Source of the DNA: an uncultured Acidobacteriaceae bacterium
GTDB lineage: Bacteria; Acidobacteriota; Terriglobia; Terriglobales; Acidobacteriaceae
Direction: 5' to 3'
Assembly: GCA_963749635.1 (NCBI GenBank)
Contig: CAVVNW010000008.1
Span: 72,413-136,412, forward strand
Length of the DNA: 64,000 nt
Shown one piece after another: positions 19,729 through 28,165 of the stretch. Position 1 is the first letter of the stretch; each line of letters opens with the position of its first letter. Below the pieces are notes generated by a model. It was not told the DNA's origin, did no database searches, and saw only the letters and a program-made list of their open reading frames with translations. Position numbers and translations under genes: made by a program.

Positions 19729-21306
19729 ATGCCCATGAAGGCACTACCGGTTGATACTGACTTTATTGTCGTGGGTGCTGGTATCGCCGGCCTGCGGGCT
19801 GCGGTGGAACTCGCGGCGGCGGGACGGGTCTTGTGTCTCGCCAAGCGCGAGGTAACCGAATCCAATACTCAATATGCGCAGGGCGGCATCGCCGCCGCAC
19901 TGAGCGATGATGACGAAGTCAGCCTGCATCTCGACGACACCCTAAAAGCAGGCGACGGACTGTGCAATCCAGACGCCGCCCGCGTCCTGGTCGAGGAAGG
20001 CCCCGCCCGTATTGAGGAACTAATCGATTGGGGCACGCAGTTCGATCGAGCGGGAAAGAAGATCGCATTCACGCGCGAAGGTGCGCACAGCCGCAATCGA
20101 GTGCTTCACGCGCACGGCGATTCAACCGGCCGCGAGATCGGGCGCGCGCTGTATCTCAAGGCTCAAGCGCTAAAGCCGATCGTCTTTCATGAATTCGAGT
20201 TCACCACCGAACTGGTGGTTCGGGATGGACAGGTGGTTGGCGCACGTGTGCTCGACAATGATGGACAACTGCACGAAGTCCACGCCAGCTCGGTTCTGCT
20301 AGCTACCGGTGGACTAGGACAGGTTTACAGCGAGACTACCAATCCTGCGGTCGCGACCGGAGATGGTGTCGCCATGGCTTATCGCGCGGGCGCCGAAATC
20401 AGTGACATGGAGTTCGTGCAATTCCATCCCACAGCGCTATACGTGAAAGGCGCTCCTCGTTTCCTGTTGTCTGAAGCCTTGCGAGGCGAAGGTGCATATC
20501 TGCGTAATCTCGAGTTGGCGAGGTTCATGCATAAGTATCACGAGATGGCGGAATTGGCGCCGCGTGATGTCGTGGCTCGGGCAATTGCTCACGAGTTGGA
20601 AGGCGCTAAGCGGCCTGACGCCGCCGTTTATCTGGATTTGACCCACTTGAACGCCGAGAAGGTCCGTAAGCGTTTTCCCACTATTTATTCCACCTGCATG
20701 CGGTACAACATCGATATCACAGAGGAGCTGATTCCTATCCGTCCGGCGGCGCATTACTCGATGGGTGGGGTGCGCACCGACCTCGATGGCCGAGCCTCGA
20801 TTTCGGGCCTCTTTGCCGCTGGAGAAGTGGCGTGTACTGGCGTTCACGGTGCCAACCGGCTGGCGAGCAATTCTTTGCTGGAAGGACTGGTCTATGGGAC
20901 TCGTGCCGCTCGTGCGATGCGAAGCGAGATGGGGCCGCAACCGGCAGCGACGAAGGTGCTCTCGAAGTCCAGAGCTCCATGCAACGGAAGCACCGCCGAC
21001 ACCGAGAAGTTAATCCAACAAGTGCAATCTATCATGTGGCAAAACGTGGCCGTCGTGCGAGATGGTAAGACACTTCGTCAGGCATTGGCCGAACTAACGG
21101 CCTTGCAGGCCAGCGCTCCGAAAGCCACCGACCGTCGCGCGCACGAGGCCGACAACATCCTACAAACCGGAATGCTCATCGCTCGCTCTGCGCTGGCCCG
21201 GGAAGAAAGCCGCGGCGCGCACTATCGGCTGGATTATCCGCTAAAGAACGACCGCAAATTCAGTAAGCATTCCGTGGTGCGAGCCGACTCCATCAGCTTC
21301 GAGTGA
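19729..21306 (+). CDS. nadB: L-aspartate oxidase
   Basis: FAD motif DFIVVGAGIAGLRAA, plus RGEGAYL and HYSMGGV; length is 525 aa. Confidence 0.92.
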   Translation: MPMKALPVDTDFIVVGAGIAGLRAAVELAAAGRVLCLAKREVTESNTQYAQGGIAAALSDDDEVSLHLDDTLKAGDGLCNPDAARVLVEEGPARIEELIDWGTQFDRAGKKIAFTREGAHSRNRVLHAHGDSTGREIGRALYLKAQALKPIVFHEFEFTTELVVRDGQVVGARVLDNDGQLHEVHASSVLLATGGLGQVYSETTNPAVATGDGVAMAYRAGAEISDMEFVQFHPTALYVKGAPRFLLSEALRGEGAYLRNLELARFMHKYHEMAELAPRDVVARAIAHELEGAKRPDAAVYLDLTHLNAEKVRKRFPTIYSTCMRYNIDITEELIPIRPAAHYSMGGVRTDLDGRASISGLFAAGEVACTGVHGANRLASNSLLEGLVYGTRAARAMRSEMGPQPAATKVLSKSRAPCNGSTADTEKLIQQVQSIMWQNVAVVRDGKTLRQALAELTALQASAPKATDRRAHEADNILQTGMLIARSALAREESRGAHYRLDYPLKNDRKFSKHSVVRADSISFE

Positions 21307-21326
21307 GCCCGCCACGAGAATTCGAC

Positions 21327-22286
21327 TCACGCGCTTGCTCCCACCTTCCGCGGAAATATCAGTGAAAGCACAATCGAGACGACCAGCACTCCCGCAACTG
21401 TGCCCAGCGCGATCCCAATTGGAATGTGGACATAATGCGAAACCAGCATCTTGGCTCCGATGAAAATCAGGATCACCGATAATCCGTAATGAAGCAGGTG
21501 AAACACTTCCATCATTCCTGCTAAGGCGAAGTAAAGCGAGCGTAGTCCCAGGATCGCGAACACGTTGGACGTGTAAACGATGAACGGTTCGCGAGTAATG
21601 GCAAGCACGGCTGGAATTGAGTCGGTCGCAAACAGCAAGTCGGTGGTCTCGATCATGACCAGCACGACCGCCAGGGGCGTGGCATACCGGATTCCGTTTC
21701 GAAACACGAAGAACTTCTGCCCTTCGTAGTCATCCGTCACCCGGAACAGCTTGCGAAACCAACGCAACACGATGTTGCTGCCGGGATCGATCTCCGCGTC
21801 CTGTTGCCGAAACAGCTTAATGCCACTGTAGATGAGGATCGCGCCAAACACGTAAATCAGCCACGAGAAAGCATTCAGCAGCTTGATGCCCGCCAGAATG
21901 AATACTCCGCGCATTACCAGCGCGCCTACTACTCCCCAGAACAGCACCTCGTGCTGATACTTTCGCGGCACCGCGAAATACCGAAAGATCACCAGGAAGA
22001 CGAAAAGATTGTCGACACTGAGTGCTTCTTCGATCAGGTAGCCGGTCACAAACTCCAGAGACAACTCGGAATTGGGCCGAGTGTACCGTCCGGTCATGAC
22101 GTGTCCGAAGTGATAAATCAACACCGCGAACACGCCTGCCAGTGATATCCATAACACTGTCCACCCGATAGCTTCGCGAAATGCGACGACATGCTTACGG
22201 CGATGGAAGACGCCCAAATCGAGCGCCAGCATCGCCAGCACAAAAACGTTGAAAAGTATCCAGAAGATCCAGTTGGTCGGCATCAT
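21327..22286 (-). CDS. TerC family integral membrane protein
   Basis: Polytopic membrane protein with TerC-like segments EFVTGYLIEEALSVDNLFVF and DSIPAVLAIT. Confidence 0.85.
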   Translation of the reverse strand: MMPTNWIFWILFNVFVLAMLALDLGVFHRRKHVVAFREAIGWTVLWISLAGVFAVLIYHFGHVMTGRYTRPNSELSLEFVTGYLIEEALSVDNLFVFLVIFRYFAVPRKYQHEVLFWGVVGALVMRGVFILAGIKLLNAFSWLIYVFGAILIYSGIKLFRQQDAEIDPGSNIVLRWFRKLFRVTDDYEGQKFFVFRNGIRYATPLAVVLVMIETTDLLFATDSIPAVLAITREPFIVYTSNVFAILGLRSLYFALAGMMEVFHLLHYGLSVILIFIGAKMLVSHYVHIPIGIALGTVAGVLVVSIVLSLIFPRKVGASA

Positions 22287-22475
22287 TTCGAGTCTGAATG
22301 TTTCATTCTACTTGTCGCGACCATAGGTGTTCATATCAGCAGGACAACTGCTGCCAAATCTGTCGCGCCGCCCGCGATTCACACATAGGCCATACAATAG
22401 CTAAGCGACGATACTCGTTAGCGCGCACGCTGTACCGGCGCGAATCTTTAGAATCTTTAATGGAAAGGAAATCGC

Positions 22476-23003
22476 ATGGCTAGACAGCCTGGTCTGTACG
22501 CCACGTTTAATACTTCGGAAGGCACAATCGTGTGCCGTCTCTTCGAGCAGGAGGCGCCCGTCACCGTAAAGAATTTTGTAGATCTGGCAGAGGGTACCCG
22601 CGAGTGGACCGACCCTCGCACCCGCCAGAAGAGCACTGCGCGCCTGTACGACGGCACAGTCTTTCATCGGGTGATTCCCGACTTCATGGTCCAGGGGGGC
22701 GATCCCGAAGGCACGGGCATGGGTGGCCCTGGTTACAAGTTTCAGGACGAGACCAAGGGATCTCCCCACAAATTCGATAAGCATGGCAAGTTGGCGATGG
22801 CGAACGCCGGCCCAAATACCAACGGCTCGCAATTCTTCATCACCGTCGCACCGACTCCGTGGCTTACCGGGAACCATACGATTTTCGGCGAAGTTATCGA
22901 GGGTCAGGACGTCGCCAACAAAATTACCGCACTGCCCCGCAATCGGCAGGACCGGCCGCTCAAGGATGTCGTGTTGAACTCTGTGCAGATCGAACGGGTG
23001 TAA
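22476..23003 (+). CDS. Cyclophilin-type peptidyl-prolyl cis-trans isomerase
   Basis: [15 protein letters not shown] and [14 protein letters not shown]. Confidence 0.93.
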   Translation: MARQPGLYATFNTSEGTIVCRLFEQEAPVTVKNFVDLAEGTREWTDPRTRQKSTARLYDGTVFHRVIPDFMVQGGDPEGTGMGGPGYKFQDETKGSPHKFDKHGKLAMANAGPNTNGSQFFITVAPTPWLTGNHTIFGEVIEGQDVANKITALPRNRQDRPLKDVVLNSVQIERV

Positions 23004-23025
23004 TGCGTAGTAAGTTCAAAGTGAG

Positions 23026-23049
23026 AGGCCGCAGGCGCGGCCTTTTTTC
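23026..23049 (+). terminator. Rho-independent terminator after the cyclophilin gene
   Basis: AGGCCGC-AGGC-GCGGCCT stem-loop followed by TTTTTT, 23 nt after the stop codon. Confidence 0.85.
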
Positions 23050-23135
23050 TTGATTGAGCACTCATGAGACAACGTGCTCGGTCAGATCCCGAAGCAAAGA
23101 CGCAGCGTTGGCGCGCGCCGAAAGTTCTCATCCGG

Positions 23136-23360
23136 CTAGGCAACCAGCTGCTGATGCCGGACAGCAAGATACTTGCTCTCGCAGTCGGTCGAACAAAAAC
23201 ATGCCGCGTGGGGATCGCTGGCCCGTTGTTCATCCCACCGGTCGAGCACGAAAATTGTGTTCCTGATGTCGGTGCCCGGTTTTTCCAACTCAATTACCAG
23301 CCGCCAGCCTCGGGGCTCATCTTTACTCTTACCGCATATCTTGCAAAAGAATTCAGCCAT
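23136..23360 (-). CDS. Small Cys-rich hypothetical protein (74 aa)
   Basis: ATG at 23360 is preceded by AAAGGGGG. The product MAEFFCKICGKS...HAACFCSTDCESKYL has a CxxC plus a CxCxxxC pattern. The longer ORF to 23711 is Arg/Cys-rich and looks non-coding. Confidence 0.5.
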   Translation of the reverse strand: MAEFFCKICGKSKDEPRGWRLVIELEKPGTDIRNTIFVLDRWDEQRASDPHAACFCSTDCESKYLAVRHQQLVA

Positions 23361-23606
23361 GGAAGCCCCCTTTCCGGTCCTCTCGATTGATGTCCTCATG
23401 CCAGTCCCGCCTCCCAGTCGATGCCTGTGACTTACGGCCCGAAACCTACCAGCCCCGCACCTTATGCCGATGATACGTATCCCATCGCACTTCAGTTCCA
23501 AGGGCTGTGGGTTACTAGTGATGGACGAAGAACTGCGATCAAGGTCATCGGTTGCTTTCGGAGTTTCTCGTCGTCGCACGTGTATTCTTGAGAATTGGAG
23601 CGTCGA

Positions 23607-24752
23607 ATGGCGTTGTGTCACAGTTGCGGACGTGAATATGCTGCCGGGCCGGTCTGTCCCTACTGCGGCGCACAGAGTATGACGATGCCTCCCATCACGG
23701 CATCGGGGCAATTGATCACGCGCCTCTCCGAACGTCCCTCAATCTCAGCAACTCACGTCATCGTGGGACTCAACGTCCTGGTATTTATCGCCATGGTGGT
23801 GTCGGGCGCCTCGCCCCTGACCCCCACTCGCGAGCAACTCTTACGTTGGGGAGCCAACTGGGGCCCCTTGTCGCTTGGTTCGCAGCCATGGCGGATGCTG
23901 ACTTCGAATTACGTCCACATTGGCATCATCCACATTGGTTTCAACATGTGGTGCCTGTGGAACCTCGGCCAGTTAGCCGAGCGCGTGCTGGGACGCTTGA
24001 ATTACGTCGTCCTGTATACCTTCTGCGGTCTCGCGGGAAGCCTCGCGAGTTTGTGGTTGCATCCGATGACCGTCGGGGCTGGCGCCTCGGGCGCGATCTT
24101 CGGGCTAGCAGGCGCATCTATTGCGGTTTTTTACCTCGGACATCTGCCCATACCCAAGGCCGCCATTCAAGGCACCATGCGCAGCCTACTCACCTTTGTC
24201 GGCTACAACCTGCTCTTCGGGCTGAGCCCGGGCATCGACAACTCCGCGCACATTGGCGGGTTGGTGGCTGGCCTCGCCATGGGTGCGGCACTCTCCAAGC
24301 ACATTCTCGTCGCGCCTGAAGAGCGACGCACGTGGACGCGCCTGACCTGGATCGTAATGGCCGTTGTGCTGTTCGCCGCCAACGGATTGATTCGCCGCCA
24401 GTACCCCCAACTCGCGCAGTTAGCGGACCCGCAAGTGATTGCTACTCAGCAAGTCCAAACTGCCCGTCTCGCGCTGCGGCAGCGCCGACCTGACGCTGCT
24501 ATTTCACAATTGCAGCAAGTCATCCAAGAGCAGCCCAACGCTGCCGAGCCCCGTTATCTTCTAGGCGAGGCGTACCTGATGCAGCGGCAGCCCGACTCGG
24601 CGATCTCCGCCTTCCAGGAAGCTCTGCGGCTGGATCCTGAGTACGGTGAGGCTGCCGCAGGCCTTGGCACCGCCTATCTCGCCAAGGGCATGAAGACAGA
24701 AGCAGAGCAGGCGTTTAAGAAAGCTGCTGCGCTGGGGTACGACGGCAACTAG
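23607..24752 (+). CDS. Rhomboid intramembrane serine protease with N-terminal zinc ribbon and C-terminal TPR repeats
   Basis: N-terminal CHSCG...CPYCG; rhomboid motifs HIGFNM, GASGAIFGL and AHIGG; C-terminal TPR-like AEPRYLLGEAYL...GLGTAYLAKG. GGAG lies 7 nt before the ATG at 23607. Confidence 0.85.
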   Translation: MALCHSCGREYAAGPVCPYCGAQSMTMPPITASGQLITRLSERPSISATHVIVGLNVLVFIAMVVSGASPLTPTREQLLRWGANWGPLSLGSQPWRMLTSNYVHIGIIHIGFNMWCLWNLGQLAERVLGRLNYVVLYTFCGLAGSLASLWLHPMTVGAGASGAIFGLAGASIAVFYLGHLPIPKAAIQGTMRSLLTFVGYNLLFGLSPGIDNSAHIGGLVAGLAMGAALSKHILVAPEERRTWTRLTWIVMAVVLFAANGLIRRQYPQLAQLADPQVIATQQVQTARLALRQRRPDAAISQLQQVIQEQPNAAEPRYLLGEAYLMQRQPDSAISAFQEALRLDPEYGEAAAGLGTAYLAKGMKTEAEQAFKKAAALGYDGN

Positions 24753-24810
24753 CGACGCAGCACGAGCATCGGTCTCGAATCATTCGCAAAAGCGAAAACG
24801 GAGGATTGAA

Positions 24811-25437
24811 TTGAAGAAGTGGGCTTGCGTGTTTGGCATCGTACTTGGAGTTGCAACCGTTGTATTTGGTAAATCGACCAAGTTAGTCGCCAGTTGGAAG
24901 AACCCCGAATATTCGGGACCCCGCTTCCATCGGATTCTTGTCCTCGGCATGAGCGCCAATCCAGGAGTACGCGCCGACTTCGAAGATGCGTTGTCAAAGC
25001 TGGTGGCGCGCGACGGCGTAGAGGCCATCCCCGGCAACACAATTCTCTTGCGGCCGGAAGGCACGCAACTCGATTTGAATTACCTGAAGACTCAAGTCAA
25101 GGCGTTCAAAATCGACGCGGTCATCGTATCCAGGCTGATAAAGGTCGAAAACAGTACGACTTACATCCCAGGCCAGGCCTACGTCGTTCCCTACCCTTAT
25201 TACCGGTCGTTTTATGGATATTACGGGGCCGTGTACCCCGTCGTATATTCGCCCGACTATCTTCGCCAGGACAAGACAGTCCGTGTCGAGACCAACGTCT
25301 ACGCCACCGCTACGCCCGAAGGCGAACTGGTGTGGACCGGAGTGAGCGACACATTCAATCCCTCCTCGGCGGACAAGGCGATCGATGGCCTCTCGAAACT
25401 GCTGGTCAAGGAACTGCAGAAGGAATCTGTACTGTAG
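24811..25437 (+). CDS. Secreted hypothetical protein (possibly DUF4136-like)
   Basis: TTG start 5 nt after GGAGGA. Signal peptide MKKWACVFGIVLGVATVVFG and a Tyr/Pro-rich central segment. The family assignment is from memory only. Confidence 0.5.
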   Translation: MKKWACVFGIVLGVATVVFGKSTKLVASWKNPEYSGPRFHRILVLGMSANPGVRADFEDALSKLVARDGVEAIPGNTILLRPEGTQLDLNYLKTQVKAFKIDAVIVSRLIKVENSTTYIPGQAYVVPYPYYRSFYGYYGAVYPVVYSPDYLRQDKTVRVETNVYATATPEGELVWTGVSDTFNPSSADKAIDGLSKLLVKELQKESVL

Positions 25438-25460
25438 CTCGTTTCCGAAGCGAACAAGAA

Positions 25461-25484
25461 AATCCCGCCTTCGCAGGCGGGATT
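25461..25484 (-). terminator. Rho-independent terminator of mdh
   Basis: 10-bp perfect stem AATCCCGCCT/AGGCGGGATT with a 4-nt loop. On the minus strand it is followed by TTTTCTTGTT. It may also stop the convergent plus-strand gene. Confidence 0.8.
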
Positions 25485-25514
25485 CTCGCAACAAGCGTCA
25501 AGAACGATTCGGAA

Positions 25515-26441
25515 TTAGACTCCGATCACGCCAACCAGTTCCTTTACCGAGTCTGCGCTCTTCTGCAGTGCGGCCTGCTCGTCGGCAGTCAGCTTGATCT
25601 GAATGATCTCTTCGATGCCTGCCGAACCCAGCTTGCATGGCACACCAACGTAGAGTCCGTTGATGCCGTACTCGCCTTCCAGGTAAGCCGCACAAGGCAG
25701 AATTTTCTTCTTATCCTTCAGGATGGCTTCGACCATTTCCGTCGCTGCCGAGGATGGTGCATAGTAGGCGCTGCCTGTCTTCAGGTACTTGACGATCTCC
25801 GCTCCGCCATCACGCGTGCGCTGTACTAACTGCTCCAAACGCGCGGGCTCAATCAGTTCCGTGATCGGAATTCCAGCCACAGTTGAATAACGGCTGAGAG
25901 GAACCATTGTGTCTCCGTGTCCGCCGAGCACGAACGCCGTCACGTTCTCCACCGAAACCTTCAACTCCTGCGCGATAAACGCACGGAAGCGCGCCGAATC
26001 CAGCACGCCGGCCATGCCGATCACTCGGTTGCGTGAAAATCCGCTCAACTTGTACGCCGCCTGCGCCATTGCATCCAGAGGGTTCGACACGATGATGAGG
26101 ATGCAGTTGGGCGAGTATTGCACCACCTTGCCCACAACATCGCTCATGATCTTGTAATTGGTGTTCAACAGGTCATCGCGGCTCATGCCGGGCTTGCGAG
26201 GAATGCCGGCAGTAATGACCACGATGTCTGAGTTCGCCGTGTCTGCGTAATCGTTCGTACCGAAGACAAACGAATCGCGCTTCTCGATGGGCATGGCTTC
26301 CAGCAGGTCCAACCCCTTGCCCTGGGGCACACCCTCGACGATGTCAATCAGGACGACGTCGCACAGTTCCTTTGCCGCCATCCAATGTGCTGCCGTGGCT
26401 CCCACGTTTCCTGACCCCACAACTGTAACTTTTTTACGCAT
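25515..26441 (-). CDS. mdh: Malate dehydrogenase (LDH-like family)
   Basis: [26 protein letters not shown] and [10 protein letters not shown]. Confidence 0.93.
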   Translation of the reverse strand: MRKKVTVVGSGNVGATAAHWMAAKELCDVVLIDIVEGVPQGKGLDLLEAMPIEKRDSFVFGTNDYADTANSDIVVITAGIPRKPGMSRDDLLNTNYKIMSDVVGKVVQYSPNCILIIVSNPLDAMAQAAYKLSGFSRNRVIGMAGVLDSARFRAFIAQELKVSVENVTAFVLGGHGDTMVPLSRYSTVAGIPITELIEPARLEQLVQRTRDGGAEIVKYLKTGSAYYAPSSAATEMVEAILKDKKKILPCAAYLEGEYGINGLYVGVPCKLGSAGIEEIIQIKLTADEQAALQKSADSVKELVGVIGV

Positions 26442-26514
26442 AATTCCTCACTTCGTAAAGTATTTATTTGCAGTATCTTGCCGAATTACTATAAAGCTAT
26501 CGTTTAGATAATGT

Positions 26515-27942
26515 TTACTCTGCTGCCAACTCAGCGATGGGCTCCATATTGTGAATCATGTGCATCGCAAATTCGCTGGTCTTCACTTTGGTTGCGCCCT
26601 CCAGCATGCGTTCGAAGTCGTACGTGACCTTCTTTTGCAGGATGGTGTGTTCCATCGATCCCTCGATGAGTCGTGCCGCTTCGTGCCAACCCATGAAGTC
26701 GAACATCATGACACCGGACAGAATGACCGAGCCGGGATTGATGACGTCCTTGTCGGCATACTTCGGAGCCGTGCCATGTGTCGCCTCGAAGATCGCATGT
26801 TGGTCGCCGATGTTCGCTCCCGGCGCAATGCCCAATCCGCCCACCTGGGCCGCCGCCGCATCTGAAATGTAGTCGCCGTTCAGGTTAGGCGTAGCCAGCA
26901 CCGCATACTCGTCCGGACGGGTCACAATCTGCTGGAAAATGCTGTCAGCGATGCGATCGTTCACCATCAGCTTCTTCTTCCACGCGCCCTTACCATGGGT
27001 CGCGTAAATGCTGTCCATCACACCCTTCACTTCCGCCGAAAGTGCGTCGCGAAAATCCTGAGGAGCGAATTCCAGACCCGGTTCGACCATCTTGGCATTC
27101 TCTTCGATGGTAAGGCTCGGGTTCTTGTCTTTATTGTCGATGATCCAACTCTCTCGCTCAGTAACCACGTCGTTGCGAAATTCCTGTGTGGCAACTTCGT
27201 ATCCCCACTCACGGAAGGCTCCCTCCGTGAACTTCTGAATGTTGCCCTTGTGAACGATCGTCACTGACTTCTTGCTGTTCTCCAGGGCATACTTGATGGC
27301 CATGCGAACCAACCGCTTCGTTCCCATGATGGAAATGGGCTTGATGCCGACTCCTGAATCTTCCCGCACCCGCTTGTTCGTTCCCGCCAACATCTCATTG
27401 TTCAGGAAGTCGATCAGTTTCTTGGTCTGAGGTGTTCCCTCTTTCCACTCGATGCCGGCATAGACGTCTTCCGTATTCTCGCGGTATAGCACGATGTTCA
27501 TCCGTTCAGGATTCTTTACCGGCGATGGAATTCCCTTGTAGTACTTCACTGGCCGTACGCAGGCGTATAAATCGAGAATCTGCCGCAGCGCCACATTCAA
27601 CGAACGGATGCCGCCGCCTACCGGAGTGGTGAGAGGTCCCTTAATACCCACGCGTAGTTCGCGAAAGGCTGCTACGGTATCATCCGGCAGCCACGTCTTG
27701 AATCGACTCATCGCCTTTTCGCCGGCGAACACTTCATACCACGCTACCCGACGCTTCCCGCCGTACGCTTTTTCGACTGCCGCGTCGAAAACTCGTACGG
27801 AAGCCTTCCAGATGTCGCGGCCCGTGCCGTCGCCTTCGATAAAAGGAATGATTGGGTTGTCAGGGAAGACGAACTTGCCATCTTCAAATGTGATTTTGGA
27901 CCCACTGGTTGGTAAAGGAATGCCATTGTACGAAGTTGCCAC
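26515..27942 (-). CDS. icd: Isocitrate dehydrogenase (NADP-dependent, homodimeric type)
   Basis: [31 protein letters not shown] and NLNGDYISD. The start codon is GTG. Confidence 0.92.
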   Translation of the reverse strand: MATSYNGIPLPTSGSKITFEDGKFVFPDNPIIPFIEGDGTGRDIWKASVRVFDAAVEKAYGGKRRVAWYEVFAGEKAMSRFKTWLPDDTVAAFRELRVGIKGPLTTPVGGGIRSLNVALRQILDLYACVRPVKYYKGIPSPVKNPERMNIVLYRENTEDVYAGIEWKEGTPQTKKLIDFLNNEMLAGTNKRVREDSGVGIKPISIMGTKRLVRMAIKYALENSKKSVTIVHKGNIQKFTEGAFREWGYEVATQEFRNDVVTERESWIIDNKDKNPSLTIEENAKMVEPGLEFAPQDFRDALSAEVKGVMDSIYATHGKGAWKKKLMVNDRIADSIFQQIVTRPDEYAVLATPNLNGDYISDAAAAQVGGLGIAPGANIGDQHAIFEATHGTAPKYADKDVINPGSVILSGVMMFDFMGWHEAARLIEGSMEHTILQKKVTYDFERMLEGATKVKTSEFAMHMIHNMEPIAELAAE

Positions 27943-28165
27943 TAGACACCTCAGGAGTAGGGGTCGGGAATGAAAACCCGGAGTATAAGATTTTGCCGTA
28001 TCGGGCCAGTCGCAGAGTCCCGGCGGTGAATGTAGAACAACTCACCCAAACCTCACATCATGGCCTAAACGCGCGCTCACCTCGCACGCTGCCTCAGCCT
28101 GCCAAGAGGGATAACCGGGCTTTCCCGAACCTTCTAAGTTATCACCCGCCGCGGAAGCCGTTCAA

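Noticed and set aside
22287-22475. A possible yybP-ykoY (Mn) riboswitch in the leader of the TerC-family gene.
   Set aside because: TerC/Alx genes often carry this riboswitch, and the leader has a CAGCAG/CTGCTG hairpin. However, I could not find the conserved GGGGAGUAG-type core or the four-way-junction arrangement by eye. A covariance-model scan is needed before calling it.
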